A stretch of DNA of 64,000 bases from Candidatus Bathyarchaeota archaeon (GCA_963770935.1 CAVYRJ010000017.1:16033-80032); one strand, 5' to 3'; positions 51,085-61,424 are shown, counted from the first letter of the stretch. A program made the numbers and translations. The notes: a model not told the origin generated them from the sequence alone.

Positions 51085-51208
51085 AGCAAAAACCAAAAGT
51101 GGTACACCTCACAAACTAAAATTGCCTTCTAAATTCTAAATAGCAATCATTAAATCATACATGGAAACATGGAGAACAGGAAAGTAACTCGTTTTTGGAC
51201 ATGCCAGC

Positions 51209-51353
51209 TGAGAGGTTTAAAGTAAGTTGCGTTTTACGCTTTGTGCAGCATTCTTTGTTTAGTTCTCAAAAGAGAGTCAACTCAAAACATCGGCAAACAT
51301 GAAAAAGCAGTGTCTCCAACGTACTTCAATACTTAATTTAGGGACAAAGCGGC
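51209..51353 (+). mobile_element. IS remnant: 3' end of a DDE transposase plus terminus
   Basis: RGLK*VAFYALCSILCLVLKRE..QNIG..EKAVSPTYFNT*. Confidence 0.7.
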
Positions 51354-51355
51354 GC

Positions 51356-51638
51356 GCTACCTTGTACTGAAATTAAGTGTTGAAGTAAGTCGGAGAAACT
51401 GCATAATCCGTTCTCCTAATTTTCTGAGCTGCTCCCCGGTTAAGAACCAAGCAAAGTACGCTAAACAACGCGTAAACTGCAACCTTCTTCAAACCTCTCA
51501 CCTTGTTAACAATCTTGCCGCACCGAGTCTTCAAGAAACTATTCACCGCTTCAATAGCCGGTCTCTTATGATACTCAGTCTTCTGGTCGACAGGCCATAC
51601 GTCCTAAACTTCTTATCAACCCGCAAAACGTCTCGAAC
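51356..51638 (-). mobile_element. IS remnant: 3' part of a related DDE transposase, inverted
   Basis: YHKRPAIEAVNSFLK (Y..R...E......K signature of IS4/IS5-like transposases), KVRGLKKVAVYALFSVLCLVL...AVSPTYFNT*. Confidence 0.75.
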
Positions 51639-51653
51639 AAAGAAAAGCTGATT

Positions 51654-52569
51654 GAGCAGAAAATTATTCCAGCCAATTCCGAGACTTAAAAACTGTTTTT
51701 CCCGCTAAATGCACTTTCAAACATTCTGGTTCAGGACACATCTCCACGCAACGCAAACAAACCATGCACTTGGAGGTTTTAACATCGCCACCCTTCTTTT
51801 CGTACACTTCAGTTACTTGCATAGGGCAGACTCTTTTGCAGATGCCGCATTTGGTGCATTTCTTTTCCTCCTTGTTTAGATGCAGGAAGGGCACAAATTT
51901 CCATTTTTCAAACCGATTAAAAACAGCAAACGAGATTCCTGTAGGGCAGAACCTGCACCAGAAACGCCTCACCTTAAACGAAGCAGCCAAAACAAGGGCA
52001 ACAAAGGTAACAGCAATTGGTAACGCTAAGCCCTTTCCACCAGTATAAGCCATTATTTCTCCAACATAAGGAAAACTGATACTTTTTCCTCCGACTTCCA
52101 GAAGCGCTCCAAAAGGCGGCACCCAAGGAATAATTAATGTTTCCAGCGGAGCCAACATAATCGTTAAGGGTCGAAATGGTCCTCTAAGCCATTCAAAATC
52201 CCAAAGGTTGCTTAATGAGGCTGTTCCCATCAGAAAAGGCAGTAAAGCTAACGAGATAATCACCAGGGCAATTACGTACCTGAGTTTATGAAGGATTGTG
52301 GTTAGTTTTTCGGGAAGGTTCCAGTGGCGAATTTTAAGCAGTCGTCGAAGATAACTGGTTAGGTCCATGTAAAAACCGAATGGGCAGATCCAACCGCAGA
52401 AAAACCTGCCTAAAACAAACGTGGCTCCGATAATTAAGACAAAAAGAAGCCCCTTCCAAACCGCAATTATTGACAGGTAATAGATTGTGAGCAGGAAGAG
52501 CAGTTGAACTAAGACGCGGATGTAGGTGACCCGATTGGTCTTATATTTTGACCAGTTGAAGATTAACAT
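51654..52569 (-). CDS. NapH/MauN-like membrane 4Fe-4S protein
   Basis: GRFFCGWICP, RFWCRFCP, CTKCGICKRVCP, CMVCLRCVEMCP; stop TAA read at about 51664. Confidence 0.85.
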
Positions 52570-52688
52570 TCACCCTGCCTAAAACTTAATGCATAGACTT
52601 CGTCTTGCTTGCTGTGTACGTCAGATAACAAAGTTCCTTCTCTGTTAATCTAACCAGAAACAGCCTTTTTTAAGTTTAAGGTATTTCA

Positions 52689-52907
52689 TTATTTTTTGGG
52701 TTTAGGAGCAATAATGATGTAACCTTTTTCAATGAGCCAATGGTGAAACTGCCATGTCGTATATAAGCAGTCAGCGCTGCATTTTTGCCGGGTCTTCTCA
52801 TACCCAGGCGAACCTTCTATTTGCTGGTTTAACTCTTGTTGCACAGGACATCCGACGTCTTTACAGAACTCTCTGCGTTTGTACTCAACAAAGCCTTCAG
52901 GAACCAT
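52689..52907 (-). CDS. Small Cys-containing hypothetical protein
   Basis: FCKDVGCP...C..DC..TTWQFHHWL. Confidence 0.7.
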   Translation of the reverse strand: MVPEGFVEYKRREFCKDVGCPVQQELNQQIEGSPGYEKTRQKCSADCLYTTWQFHHWLIEKGYIIIAPKPKK

Positions 52908-52973
52908 ATATCATCAGCGCCTACCTCATCTTCTAAAGCTATTAAGCCTTCGCAGATAACCTTCCACAACCTA

Positions 52974-53033
52974 GAAGAGAAGTTGTTGCTGCTGTTGTTG
53001 CAAAGGTTCCCTGCACACTACCTGCAACAATCA
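52974..53033. repeat. Intergenic palindromic element, copy B
   Basis: Same arms, N20 spacing and TCCCTGCA core as 35437-35487. Confidence 0.6.
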
Positions 53034-53126
53034 ACCCATTAGGCTCTTGATTTCTCTTGGAGAAACCTCTTTTTTAACACGCAACTTTAAGTTAGCTTTT
53101 TTAATCCAAAAAGCCTCAAGCCTGTT

Positions 53127-53759
53127 ATGCCCAAGTATTATCTTTTAGGCGGAGAAAACACCCATAAAAGAGACGCACAAGAAGTAAACCAGAGAGCATT
53201 CAACGATGCAGGAAAAGCACCGAGAGTTCTTGTGTTTTCTTGGGCAAGAGCATCATTTGATAAAACCTACCCAAAAAGTAAACTTCTATTCGATTACTTC
53301 AGAAGCTTGGGCGCTAGCACAGTTAGCACAGTAGATTATTCTTGCTCAATTGGGGAAATTAAGGAAAAAATTTCTGAATCAGACATTGTATATTTAACGG
53401 GAGGTGTGCCTAGCGTTTTGGTAGAGCGCTTAATAAAATCAGGAATTCGCGGTTTACTTGAGGGTTTTGAAGGGGTTATTGTTGGGAGAAGTGCAGGGGC
53501 ATTAGCGCTTTGCCGAAAATGCGTAATAACTTGTAGAAGTAGCTCAGAAGTCAAAGTCATCGATGGTTTGGGGCTGGTTGATATAACGCTTAAGGCTCAT
53601 TACAAGTTAGGCAGAGATAAAGAATTGAAAGAGTTGTCGAAGAAAGAGGATATTTTTGCTGTTCCCAAAGGTTCAGCGCTTGTTTGCGATAATAAGACGC
53701 TATCAGCCATCAATGATGTTTATTTATTTTGTAGTGGTGAAAGGCAAACCTTCAGTTAA
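53127..53759 (+). CDS. Peptidase S51 (peptidase E-like, GATase1 fold)
   Basis: IVYLTGG, GRSAGA nucleophile elbow, GLGLV...HY. Confidence 0.85.
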   Translation: MPKYYLLGGENTHKRDAQEVNQRAFNDAGKAPRVLVFSWARASFDKTYPKSKLLFDYFRSLGASTVSTVDYSCSIGEIKEKISESDIVYLTGGVPSVLVERLIKSGIRGLLEGFEGVIVGRSAGALALCRKCVITCRSSSEVKVIDGLGLVDITLKAHYKLGRDKELKELSKKEDIFAVPKGSALVCDNKTLSAINDVYLFCSGERQTFS

Positions 53760-53785
53760 GAGAAGAACCTTCGAAAACTGAAGCA

Positions 53786-53977
53786 CTATTCGCCTCTTGT
53801 GTCGTTTCTGTTACATTCCGCTTTAGGTCGATACTCTACTTTTTTGTGGCGTTCTTTATGATGCCTTTCACATTCTTTTATTCTTACAAGCATCCACTCG
53901 TTTTCCTCGTAAACACATCCGCAAAGCAGAGTCTTAGTCGTCAAAATTGCCACACTCCAGGAGGTCAACCAACCCAT
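53786..53977 (-). CDS. Small hypothetical protein
   Basis: LLCGC.Y...ECERH. Confidence 0.45.
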   Translation of the reverse strand: MGWLTSWSVAILTTKTLLCGCVYEENEWMLVRIKECERHHKERHKKVEYRPKAECNRNDTRGE

Positions 53978-54118
53978 AATGTATCTTTATCTCATAACGA
54001 TTTCGATCGCAGTTGATTCAAAAGATTTTTTTACAATTGAAGGGGTCTTTTCAAAAAAGGTAACATTTTAGAGAGGGATTAGTTACTTGTTTGCTTGTAG
54101 TGTCGAAATATGAGCGTT

Positions 54119-54235
54119 ATGAGTAGAAAAAACAAAAATACACAGCTTGAACATAAAAAGAAAGAACAACGAGAAAAAGAAGCAAAAAAGAAAGCTATGT
54201 TAAATCAACTTCCTCCAAAAGGAAAAAAGAAATAA
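54119..54235 (+). CDS. 38-aa highly basic peptide
   Basis: MSRKNKNTQLEHKKKEQREKEAKKKAMLNQLPPKGKKK. Confidence 0.45.
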   Translation: MSRKNKNTQLEHKKKEQREKEAKKKAMLNQLPPKGKKK

Positions 54236-54277
54236 GCTGGGCATAAACGGTAAGAGCTTTAAATGTAAAAATTTCGT

Positions 54278-54808
54278 TTACCCACGTAAGTTTAACGGTT
54301 TTTTAAATATTTCTTCCCGCCACTTATGCTCCCAGCTTGCCCAACCAGTTTTAACAAGACCCTCTCTTAAGATGGGTTTTTCAGCAACCCATTCCAGAAA
54401 CGTCCAGAAGCGCCTCTTGTCTTTGAGAATTTCCTCAGGTACCCCTTTTTCGATGCACCATCTAATGTAGGCTTTTTCAACCAACGACTTAAGTTCTCCT
54501 GTGGATTCGACTCTTTGAACGTTAAACCCTTGGGTCTGTAAGTACGAAGCTAAGCTGGATAAAGCGTATTCTGAGCAAACCTTAATACAAGTTTCAGCAT
54601 CGGGCTGCATGACCGAAATTATTTCGTTGGCGATTTTTACAGCGTCTTCTAAGTATTTTTTGTTTTTAAAGTTTGGTGGCTGAAAAGATGAAGTGGGGAT
54701 TCTGCGTTCCATCAACATTGGATGTGGCGGTTTGAGCGCACCAATGACAACGCCCAGTAATAGATCGCTCCATCCGGAAGCATCGATTAGAATGGTTTTG
54801 TCAGGCAT
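54278..54808 (-). CDS. Hypothetical protein, possible RNase H-like fold
   Basis: The N-terminal ILIDASGWSDLLLGVVIGA resembles the RNase HII first strand with altered acidic residues. Confidence 0.55.
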   Translation of the reverse strand: MPDKTILIDASGWSDLLLGVVIGALKPPHPMLMERRIPTSSFQPPNFKNKKYLEDAVKIANEIISVMQPDAETCIKVCSEYALSSLASYLQTQGFNVQRVESTGELKSLVEKAYIRWCIEKGVPEEILKDKRRFWTFLEWVAEKPILREGLVKTGWASWEHKWREEIFKKPLNLRG

Positions 54809-55599
54809 AAAACAGTCCAACGCCAATCTTAACACCCAAGGTTAAGAAATATGTGAGCGTTTGTTTTTCTATCTTTTGCTTTTGACACTATTTGTGGTCT
54901 AAATAATATAATTATTTTCTCCGAAGAATTATTAACGATAAGTTACAGAAAACCTTTGACCCTACAGATTTAAGAAAAAAAATTGTTAGTGACTATACCA
55001 GTTTCTTATGGGATTTTTTCTATTTTACATGGAAATATATGTATTTTACTATAACATTATAGTAAAAATACTATAACACATGATTAAAATAGTGTCTCTT
55101 GGTAAAGAGCTTTAGATGGCTTCACCTTTTTCTTGATTCCCCTCATTATTTTTGTTATGACTGAAATTTTTCTTGATCAAACTTTAATATACATAATGTA
55201 CTGGGAATGCAGTGCGTTGTGCATACGGGGAAGGTACAGGTTGTAAACTTTTGTTTGCAGAAACAATCTAATTCTAATTTCTAAATCAAGAACTATCAAA
55301 GCAAGGCAGGTAATGCAGATAATGCAGGCAATTCTAACTGCCAAAAAAATCTATAAGCTCCCCCAACGAAAAATTTTCGATAGAAAAAACCTGCTTTATC
55401 TGCATTGGTTGAGTGAATCAACCTTATTTCATATTCTAGTTATAAGTAAATGGTAGAATGCGTCTAATCTGTGAATGATTTTTAGTGTAGCCGTATCCAG
55501 CAAAGAGGAGTAGAACACATCAATAATAATTGTACTTACATTGCTGTTTGGATCAAGATTTTCTCTAACCTCACAAAGCTAAAATACTTACAAGCGGCC

Positions 55600-55920
55600 T
55601 TGACATCTATGGGCTATTATTGTAGCATCTGCAAAGAACCAATAAATAAAGAAATCCATCAATACTCAACGAGCCACTTTGGCAAAGCACTATGTATTGA
55701 ACACCAAAAAACCACCACACCCAAAAAAACCTACATCTGCAGTGAATGCAAACAAACAATAACCCATGGAGAGCTCAAGTTTTCACTTAAGAACTTCGAT
55801 AAACCTCTATGCAGAGATTGCCAACCTGAAATTGAAGAAAAACTCAGTGCTCCACCTCAAAACTTTAGGTTAAATCAGACTTCAAAAATCGAGTTCGGAA
55901 AAAGTACTCATCTACCCTAA
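55600..55920 (+). CDS. Tandem zinc-finger protein
   Basis: Two repeats Y.CS.CK..I...E...S...F.K.LC..(H/C)Q. Confidence 0.75.
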   Translation: MTSMGYYCSICKEPINKEIHQYSTSHFGKALCIEHQKTTTPKKTYICSECKQTITHGELKFSLKNFDKPLCRDCQPEIEEKLSAPPQNFRLNQTSKIEFGKSTHLP

Positions 55921-55922
55921 GA

Positions 55923-56312
55923 TTATTCTATCATCACAGCGTCCTTTATGTTCTTGAAGTGTAAATCTCCTGTTAAAACTTTAGCGTTTAATCTCCTAGC
56001 AGTAGCTAAGACATAAGCATCTGCTAGGCCAAAATCTTTCAGGGTCTTTCTTGTTTCACAATGCAAAAGCCCCGCCTGCACTGAAAGTTCCTTGTCTACA
56101 TTCACAATTTGTGAGTTGCTGCACACAACGCTGCTTGCCGCTTCGATATCTCTTTTTTCTCGGGCGACTTTGCTAATGATTTCTGCAAGCGTTATGGCAC
56201 ATGTGTAAACTTCGTTGTTATTTTCATCTAAGATTTTGTTAAGCTTAGCACCGTGTTCACTGCCAACTAGATACTCGACCCATGCCCAAGCATCAATTAC
56301 GTAGTTACTCAA
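55923..56312 (-). CDS. vapC: VapC PIN-domain toxin
   Basis: YVIDAWAW, TLAEI, LADAYVLATA, LTGDLHF. Confidence 0.9.
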   Translation of the reverse strand: MSNYVIDAWAWVEYLVGSEHGAKLNKILDENNNEVYTCAITLAEIISKVAREKRDIEAASSVVCSNSQIVNVDKELSVQAGLLHCETRKTLKDFGLADAYVLATARRLNAKVLTGDLHFKNIKDAVMIE

Positions 56313-56517
56313 GCGAAGATTTCAACTCGTCTTCAACTGTGAAGGAAGCCATGCCTTTTAAGATGCCGAAGCCGTCTTTTCGGCATTTTTTTATTGTGAT
56401 TTCGACATACTCGTTTTCCTTTATTTGTTGGAGGTCGACTACTTCTTTTGGAAGAGTAACAACGATGGAGCCACCGACTTTTCTGGTTTTGGTTAAACAT
56501 TGATGCAAATTAATCAC
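56305..56517 (-). CDS. AbrB/MazE-type antitoxin
   Basis: KTRKVGGSIVVTLPKEV; overlaps the vapC start. Confidence 0.88.
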   Translation of the reverse strand: MINLHQCLTKTRKVGGSIVVTLPKEVVDLQQIKENEYVEITIKKCRKDGFGILKGMASFTVEDELKSSLE

Positions 56518-57031
56518 TGTTATATTTAATTATACTTCTGTTATACTTAAGGATTTTTCTGCGATCACGCCCCAGATTTTTATGAATAGAACAACCATTG
56601 CCAAGTCTCCCAACTCAACCTCCAACTACGTTGAAGTTTCAAGGTTACCTGACACACTCGAAGTAAGAGTAGATGGCAAAATCATGGCCACAATTGAGTT
56701 AAGCTGACTCACCGTTGTCTTGGCGGACAAAGATGGGAGTAAGATTCTTGTTCTTTATGTGGGTGTGGCGCTAATTAATTGCACACTATCCTCGGGGTTT
56801 GGGTTTGTTTGCTTTTTTGGTTTGGGTTGTTTTTCTTTTGTGTTTTGAGTGTGAGAAAGGTGTTTGGTCCACACAGTCAACATGGATGCTATGTTGGGCA
56901 GTATGGGTGTGAGTGCGGTTGCTTTCTGTACAAATTTAATATACTAATTCTGGATGCGCAAGGTTCAAGAAAAAATAATTTCTTTGTTTGATTTGTGACA
57001 GAAACACGTAGAGAATTTCGATGTGATTCGT

Positions 57032-57316
57032 TTAGGATATACTATTTTTCAATTCAAGTAGTATTTTTAGCACTAATTTAAGTGCAGAGTCGTAGCCATC
57101 GCAGTATTCTTTGCTTGGGTCTTTGTCCGCATAGGTTCGCTCCATAATTTCTTTTGTAATGCCTTCATTAGTTAGCTGGATTGAGCCTTCTTTAAGCCAT
57201 ATCAGAGCGTCTACATAACCATGTTCTGAGTCTGAAAGCTCATCTGTAGATGATTCTGCCTTATGCCTGATTATTTGCTCAATTCTTTCTTTTAACTCGT
57301 TCTCAATCTTGCTCAT
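57032..57316 (-). CDS. Hypothetical protein
   Basis: 94-aa ORF with an internal GY.DAL/GYDSAL repeat. Confidence 0.6.
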   Translation of the reverse strand: MSKIENELKERIEQIIRHKAESSTDELSDSEHGYVDALIWLKEGSIQLTNEGITKEIMERTYADKDPSKEYCDGYDSALKLVLKILLELKNSIS

Positions 57317-57546
57317 TTTTTTTCACCAATTTGAATATTTGCTTGTTATAGCGTCTGTCAGTAACTGCTTATAATAAATGCTGAGAAAAACAGAACTGGG
57401 TTTAATAAAGTTATTTTGGAAGCCTAAAAACCAACATTACGCCCTTTGGTCTTTTTGCTAAAATTATGATGTCGCCGTCATACAATTGTTCCCCCGGGCT
57501 TCCCACGGTTCCAACATCTTTTTCAACAGCTTTCTCCCGCAAAAGA

Positions 57547-58389
57547 CTATAAAAGACCGTATAGCCAGAAAATGTCAATGCCTTCATGCTTAGTAGTGGG
57601 CGTTCCGATTGCAAGTTGCTCATCAACCCAGTTCATAGCTTCTGCAAGAGTGCCGTAAACTGAGTCAGTATGCAAAGCAAGACCGACTGGAGAAGCTGAG
57701 TATCTTAAAAAATAATCAATATGCTGTTTGAAAATTGACTCTGCATGTTCTGAAGAGTAGCCATATAACATGGGTTGGAGTCTGTCAACTTTTATAGTTG
57801 CAAAAAGCGGTGTTTGCATGTCAACACCCCAATGAGTAATTAATGCTGTAAAATATTCTTTCCCGATTCTATTTAGCGAAGTTGTAGCAGAGTTGAAGTA
57901 AGTAACTAAGTCTGTGAGGCTCCAAGAGGTCATATTTTCGATATCGTCAGCGACACCATCAAAACCATAAGTGTTTACAAGATTGGTTAGACTGTTAATT
58001 GCTGTTGATCGTTTTCCTGAAGTGCTAATATCGATTATGCTTGATTCACCAGAGTTTATCCAAGAGTAAATTTTCAACCCAACTGCGTGAGCGTTTTCAA
58101 CAGCGGTTTTAATTTGATTGCTGGTTGGGATCAGATCGATTGATCCATCTTGGTTCCATAATCCCGTTTGAAGATATACTAGACTAAAATTCATTGATTT
58201 AATTAACGTATACTTCTCTGAGGTTGCGTATATACCGGCTTGGGTCCAGATGCCGTTGGATTTCTCATCGGTTGCTAATAATAGTGTGGATTGTGGTTTC
58301 TGTGAGTTGACGATGAAAATGAAAGTGAATAGCAAAATAGAGCATAATAATAAAGTTAGCAGCTTCAATCTATTGTCTTGCTTTGTCAC
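57547..58389 (-). CDS. Membrane-anchored GH18-like TIM-barrel glycoside hydrolase
   Basis: N-terminal TM helix, AHAVGLKI, YGFDGVADDIE, PMLY. Confidence 0.7.
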   Translation of the reverse strand: MTKQDNRLKLLTLLLCSILLFTFIFIVNSQKPQSTLLLATDEKSNGIWTQAGIYATSEKYTLIKSMNFSLVYLQTGLWNQDGSIDLIPTSNQIKTAVENAHAVGLKIYSWINSGESSIIDISTSGKRSTAINSLTNLVNTYGFDGVADDIENMTSWSLTDLVTYFNSATTSLNRIGKEYFTALITHWGVDMQTPLFATIKVDRLQPMLYGYSSEHAESIFKQHIDYFLRYSASPVGLALHTDSVYGTLAEAMNWVDEQLAIGTPTTKHEGIDIFWLYGLL

Positions 58390-58721
58390 TATCTACTTCA
58401 TCCTTTCCAAGCATATTGTGGCTTGCATAACTAAAAAACCTACCCAAAAGCCAAAAATAAACCCCTAAAAAAGGGTTAAATTAGAGTGCAGTTAGAAAAC
58501 CAGCTAACTAGCAACTAAGCGCATTAACTATAGGCTTTTTCTCTTGTCCCTAAATAATGGATCAATATTGTCTTTTGCTACAGGAATTGAGTCATAAAAC
58601 TTTCCTTGATTTTCTGTGGTAAACCAACAATCCAGCAGTCATTGCCATTATACTAAACAGTATGGAGTTGCCAGGATGTAAACTCATCGACTAAGTCGCG
58701 TTTGCTTATTGGTTTGGGTGA

Positions 58722-59051
58722 TCATGTTTTGAGTCCACAAAGTTTCTCGGTTAATTTCTCAAATATGAGCGCTTTTTTTTCGTTGCTTAGATGAAAGATA
58801 ACTTTAGAAACCATTTCTTGGGAGATGGTGAAGATGTAGTTTAGTTTTATGACGCTTTCTTTGATGGCGCCTTCACTTTTAGTTAGCGGAATTCCTTTCA
58901 TCTTCAAATTACTGGTTACGCCAACTATCACAACGTTTCCTAATTCTTCAAACAGAACAACCGCTGGCCTTGTCTTCACTTCAGCAGTATCAGTGAACTG
59001 TACACTGGCAATAATGATATCTCCTGCTCTAAGCATCTTGCCAAGACTCAT
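58722..59051 (-). CDS. PemK/MazF-family toxin
   Basis: GDIIIASVQFTD..EVKTRPAVV...GVTS. Confidence 0.88.
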   Translation of the reverse strand: MSLGKMLRAGDIIIASVQFTDTAEVKTRPAVVLFEELGNVVIVGVTSNLKMKGIPLTKSEGAIKESVIKLNYIFTISQEMVSKVIFHLSNEKKALIFEKLTEKLCGLKT

Positions 59052-59256
59052 CTTCTGGGTTGTCCCATAGTTCTTTCATTTTAGCCTGTTGAATTCTATG
59101 TAAGAACTCGTCGTATTGTGTTCTTTTTTTGGATTCTTTTGAGAGCTTTATTAAGCCTGAAATGGTTTCGTTGTAGGTTTCCCTTGGATATTTTTTTATG
59201 TTTTTTAGCTCTTTGACGACTGATTTCTTAAGTTGTATCGTGGTAGCTTCTTTCAT
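59029..59256 (-). CDS. RHH-like antitoxin partner of the MazF toxin
   Basis: TTIQL...L...K.YPRETYNETI..LI, tail ELWDNPEDESW. Confidence 0.8.
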   Translation of the reverse strand: MKEATTIQLKKSVVKELKNIKKYPRETYNETISGLIKLSKESKKRTQYDEFLHRIQQAKMKELWDNPEDESWQDA

Positions 59257-59552
59257 TATATATCGCCTATAACTCATGATAATAAATTATATATAAATTT
59301 CTAGCTTGCCAGAAAAACCGCCATTTAGCAGAAATCAAAATCTTACCCAAATGAAATATATGGGGAAGGATAATTTTCATTTTTAGTAGGCAGAAAAAAA
59401 GAACTGAGCAACTGGAGAGTTTCTTGGGCTGATTTTTTGTATAAGTCCCAATTATTTATCTCTGAAGAATTACAATTGACCGTTATCTTGGATCTAAAAA
59501 AGCCAGTTTTTCAGATTGCGAGTATTCTCTTTGGTTAATGTTTATTTTCCTC

Positions 59553-59636
59553 CTATTCGTCGCATAGGCAGGTGTAGTCGCAGTAGTTGCATTCCCAGCT
59601 TCCTTTTTTGGGTTCAAACGATGTTGCTTTGATTTT
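59553..59636 (-). repeat. Duplicated 3' end of the nuclease gene at 63454
   Basis: 59559-59636 matches 63460-63537 at 69/78 nt (manual count); encodes KIKATSFEPKKGSWECNYCDYTCLCDE*. Confidence 0.88.
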
Positions 59637-59655
59637 GGAAACATTTAAGTTCGTT

Positions 59656-59673
59656 GTAAACAGTACTGTTTAC
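59656..59673. promoter_or_regulatory. Perfect 18-bp palindromic operator
   Basis: GTAAACAGTACTGTTTAC lies between TTTAAG and the RHH start codon. Confidence 0.75.
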
Positions 59674-59674
59674 G

Positions 59675-59905
59675 GTGTCTAATTTGGCTCAAGTACAACT
59701 GCGTCTTCCACAAAAAACTCTCGAGGAAATAGACAATTGGGTAGCCCAAGGACGCTTCAAAAACCGCAGTGACGCAATAAAATCAATCATCAACTACTAC
59801 CAAGAACGCGAAAAAACATGTGATTTTTTTAACCTACTTCTCAAACGAAGCGAAGAAGCAAAACAACACCCAGAATCTCTTATCCCAATAGAGGAAATAG
59901 AGTGA
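59675..59905 (+). CDS. CopG/RHH antitoxin
   Basis: VQLRLP...EEID..V..GRFKNRSDAI. Confidence 0.88.
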   Translation: MSNLAQVQLRLPQKTLEEIDNWVAQGRFKNRSDAIKSIINYYQEREKTCDFFNLLLKRSEEAKQHPESLIPIEEIE

Positions 59906-60171
59906 CTTTCAAAGTACTCCTGCATCCTAAAGCAGCAAAAGAAATCCAAAAAATAGAAAAACAAATCCGCACAAGAATAATCGAATGCGCAAAACAACTA
60001 TGCGAAAACCCCGACAAACTTGGAAAACCTCTAAAACAATCAGATTACTGGAGACTAAGAGTAGGCGACTATCGAGTAATCTACGAAATAAATCAAAACA
60101 AAAAGCAAGTAATCATTCTTTTTATTTGTCACATAAGCAAAGTGTACGATGATTTTTCAAAAATGCTTTAA
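59902..60171 (+). CDS. relE: RelE/ParE-family toxin
   Basis: FKVLLHPKAAKE, YWRLRVGDYRVIYEI. Confidence 0.92.
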   Translation: MTFKVLLHPKAAKEIQKIEKQIRTRIIECAKQLCENPDKLGKPLKQSDYWRLRVGDYRVIYEINQNKKQVIILFICHISKVYDDFSKML

Positions 60172-60198
60172 TTAATTTAGCAACGGCGAAATCAATTG

Positions 60199-60557
60199 TT
60201 AAGTGATCATCCGAATCTTCTTTTTTGTAATTATGACGAGTTTGTTTTTTATTTCTTTTAGATTTATTCTGTTCTGAGCTGAATTTAGAACTTCAATAAT
60301 GTTAGTTGGTGTTGTTGGATTTTCTTTCACTATTATTACTGTGAGTGGGGTGTCTTTTTGAAAAGTGCGGTAGAGTTGAGCAAAACCTTTGTCTAATGTG
60401 ATAATTGTCATTTTGTTTTTTACGGCGTACTCCGCTAAGACATTGTCTTTGGTGCCCCTAAGCTGCAACTTCGAGACGTTTACTATTTCAAAACCTTTTT
60501 AGATAACCATTCCGCGACATCCCTTGGGATGTTCTCATCAACTATCATTATAGCCAA
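60199..60557 (-). CDS. DUF5615 PIN-like toxin (frameshift near 60497)
   Basis: IVDENIP... joined to GTKD..LAEYA...IITLDKGF. Confidence 0.8.
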
Positions 60558-60573
60558 GGACGCGCCACTCTTC

Positions 60574-60810
60574 TCAGATCACTATTGTTTCCTCATTCTC
60601 TAAGCATTTTGAAGCATAAACGAGTGCAGCTTTGATATCTGCCTTCATTAAAGTTGGATATTGCTGCAATATTTCTTCTTCCGTCATGCCATTGGCTAAG
60701 AGTTCGATGACAAGATAAACGGGAATACGAGTTCCTTTAATAACTGGTTTCCCAGATAGAATTTCTGGGTCAATCGTTATTCTATCCATAGGTTCTTCCA
60801 TTTGAAACAC
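60574..60810 (-). CDS. DUF433 antitoxin
   Basis: IDPEILSGKPVIKGTRIPV...GMTEEEILQQYPTL. Confidence 0.92.
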   Translation of the reverse strand: MFQMEEPMDRITIDPEILSGKPVIKGTRIPVYLVIELLANGMTEEEILQQYPTLMKADIKAALVYASKCLENEETIVI

Positions 60811-60860
60811 TTACTAATTCAACATAAATTATTAATTAAATACATGTCCTTTTCTTGCCT

Positions 60861-61010
60861 CTACATTAATTCATCAAACATGCCTTCGGATTCTTCTGTT
60901 AATTGGTCATCCCAGCATTCCCAACACATATCCTCAAAGTCTTCGCTCTCTTCGCTGCTGATTGCTTTTCCACAAACCTTGCATTTTCTCACATTTCTTT
61001 CTTGGGTCAC
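60861..61010 (-). CDS. 49-aa acidic zinc-finger peptide
   Basis: RKCKVCGKAISSEESEDFEDMCWECWDDQLTEE. Confidence 0.6.
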   Translation of the reverse strand: MTQERNVRKCKVCGKAISSEESEDFEDMCWECWDDQLTEESEGMFDELM

Positions 61011-61044
61011 TTCAAGTTGCCTACTTTTTTAATCCAAAGCCAAT

Positions 61045-61424
61045 TTACTTCATTTCTTTTATTGTAATTGCAGTCTTGCATTTATTTAGCAAATCCATGT
61101 CCTGGGTAACTAATCTAAGGTTTTCTTTCTCTGCCAAGTAAGCATATGACGCGTCATAGAAAGTGAGATTTCTCTCTATTGCTACGGCTAAAACATTAGC
61201 TAGCGAATCTATCACTATTTTTCTTAGAGGACCAAGTGCTTGAGAAAAAATCGCAGCAATTCTTGTGGGATCCTTCAGTTTTTTTTGTTTATTCTCCTTC
61301 CACAGAACGTTACCAACCTCATACTCAGTTAAGGAACTCACTGCGCATTCCTCAACGTTGAAGACTACCCCGGAAATAAGCAGTGGGTAGAGTGCGGATG
61401 TGTCAATGAGGTACTTACATTTCG
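61045..61424 (-). CDS. vapC: VapC PIN-domain toxin
   Basis: YLIDTSA, YEVGN, LTFYDASY, LVTQD; exact start uncertain. Confidence 0.88.

Noticed and set aside
51307-51402. Long hairpin as a novel ncRNA or CRISPR-like repeat
   Set aside because: Both arms translate to the same transposase C-terminus, so inverted IS remnants explain it.
58481-58520. Integron attC site (GTTAG...CTAAC hairpin)
   Set aside because: The arm order is opposite to RYYYAAC...GTTRRRY, it is not repeated between other genes, and no integrase is seen.
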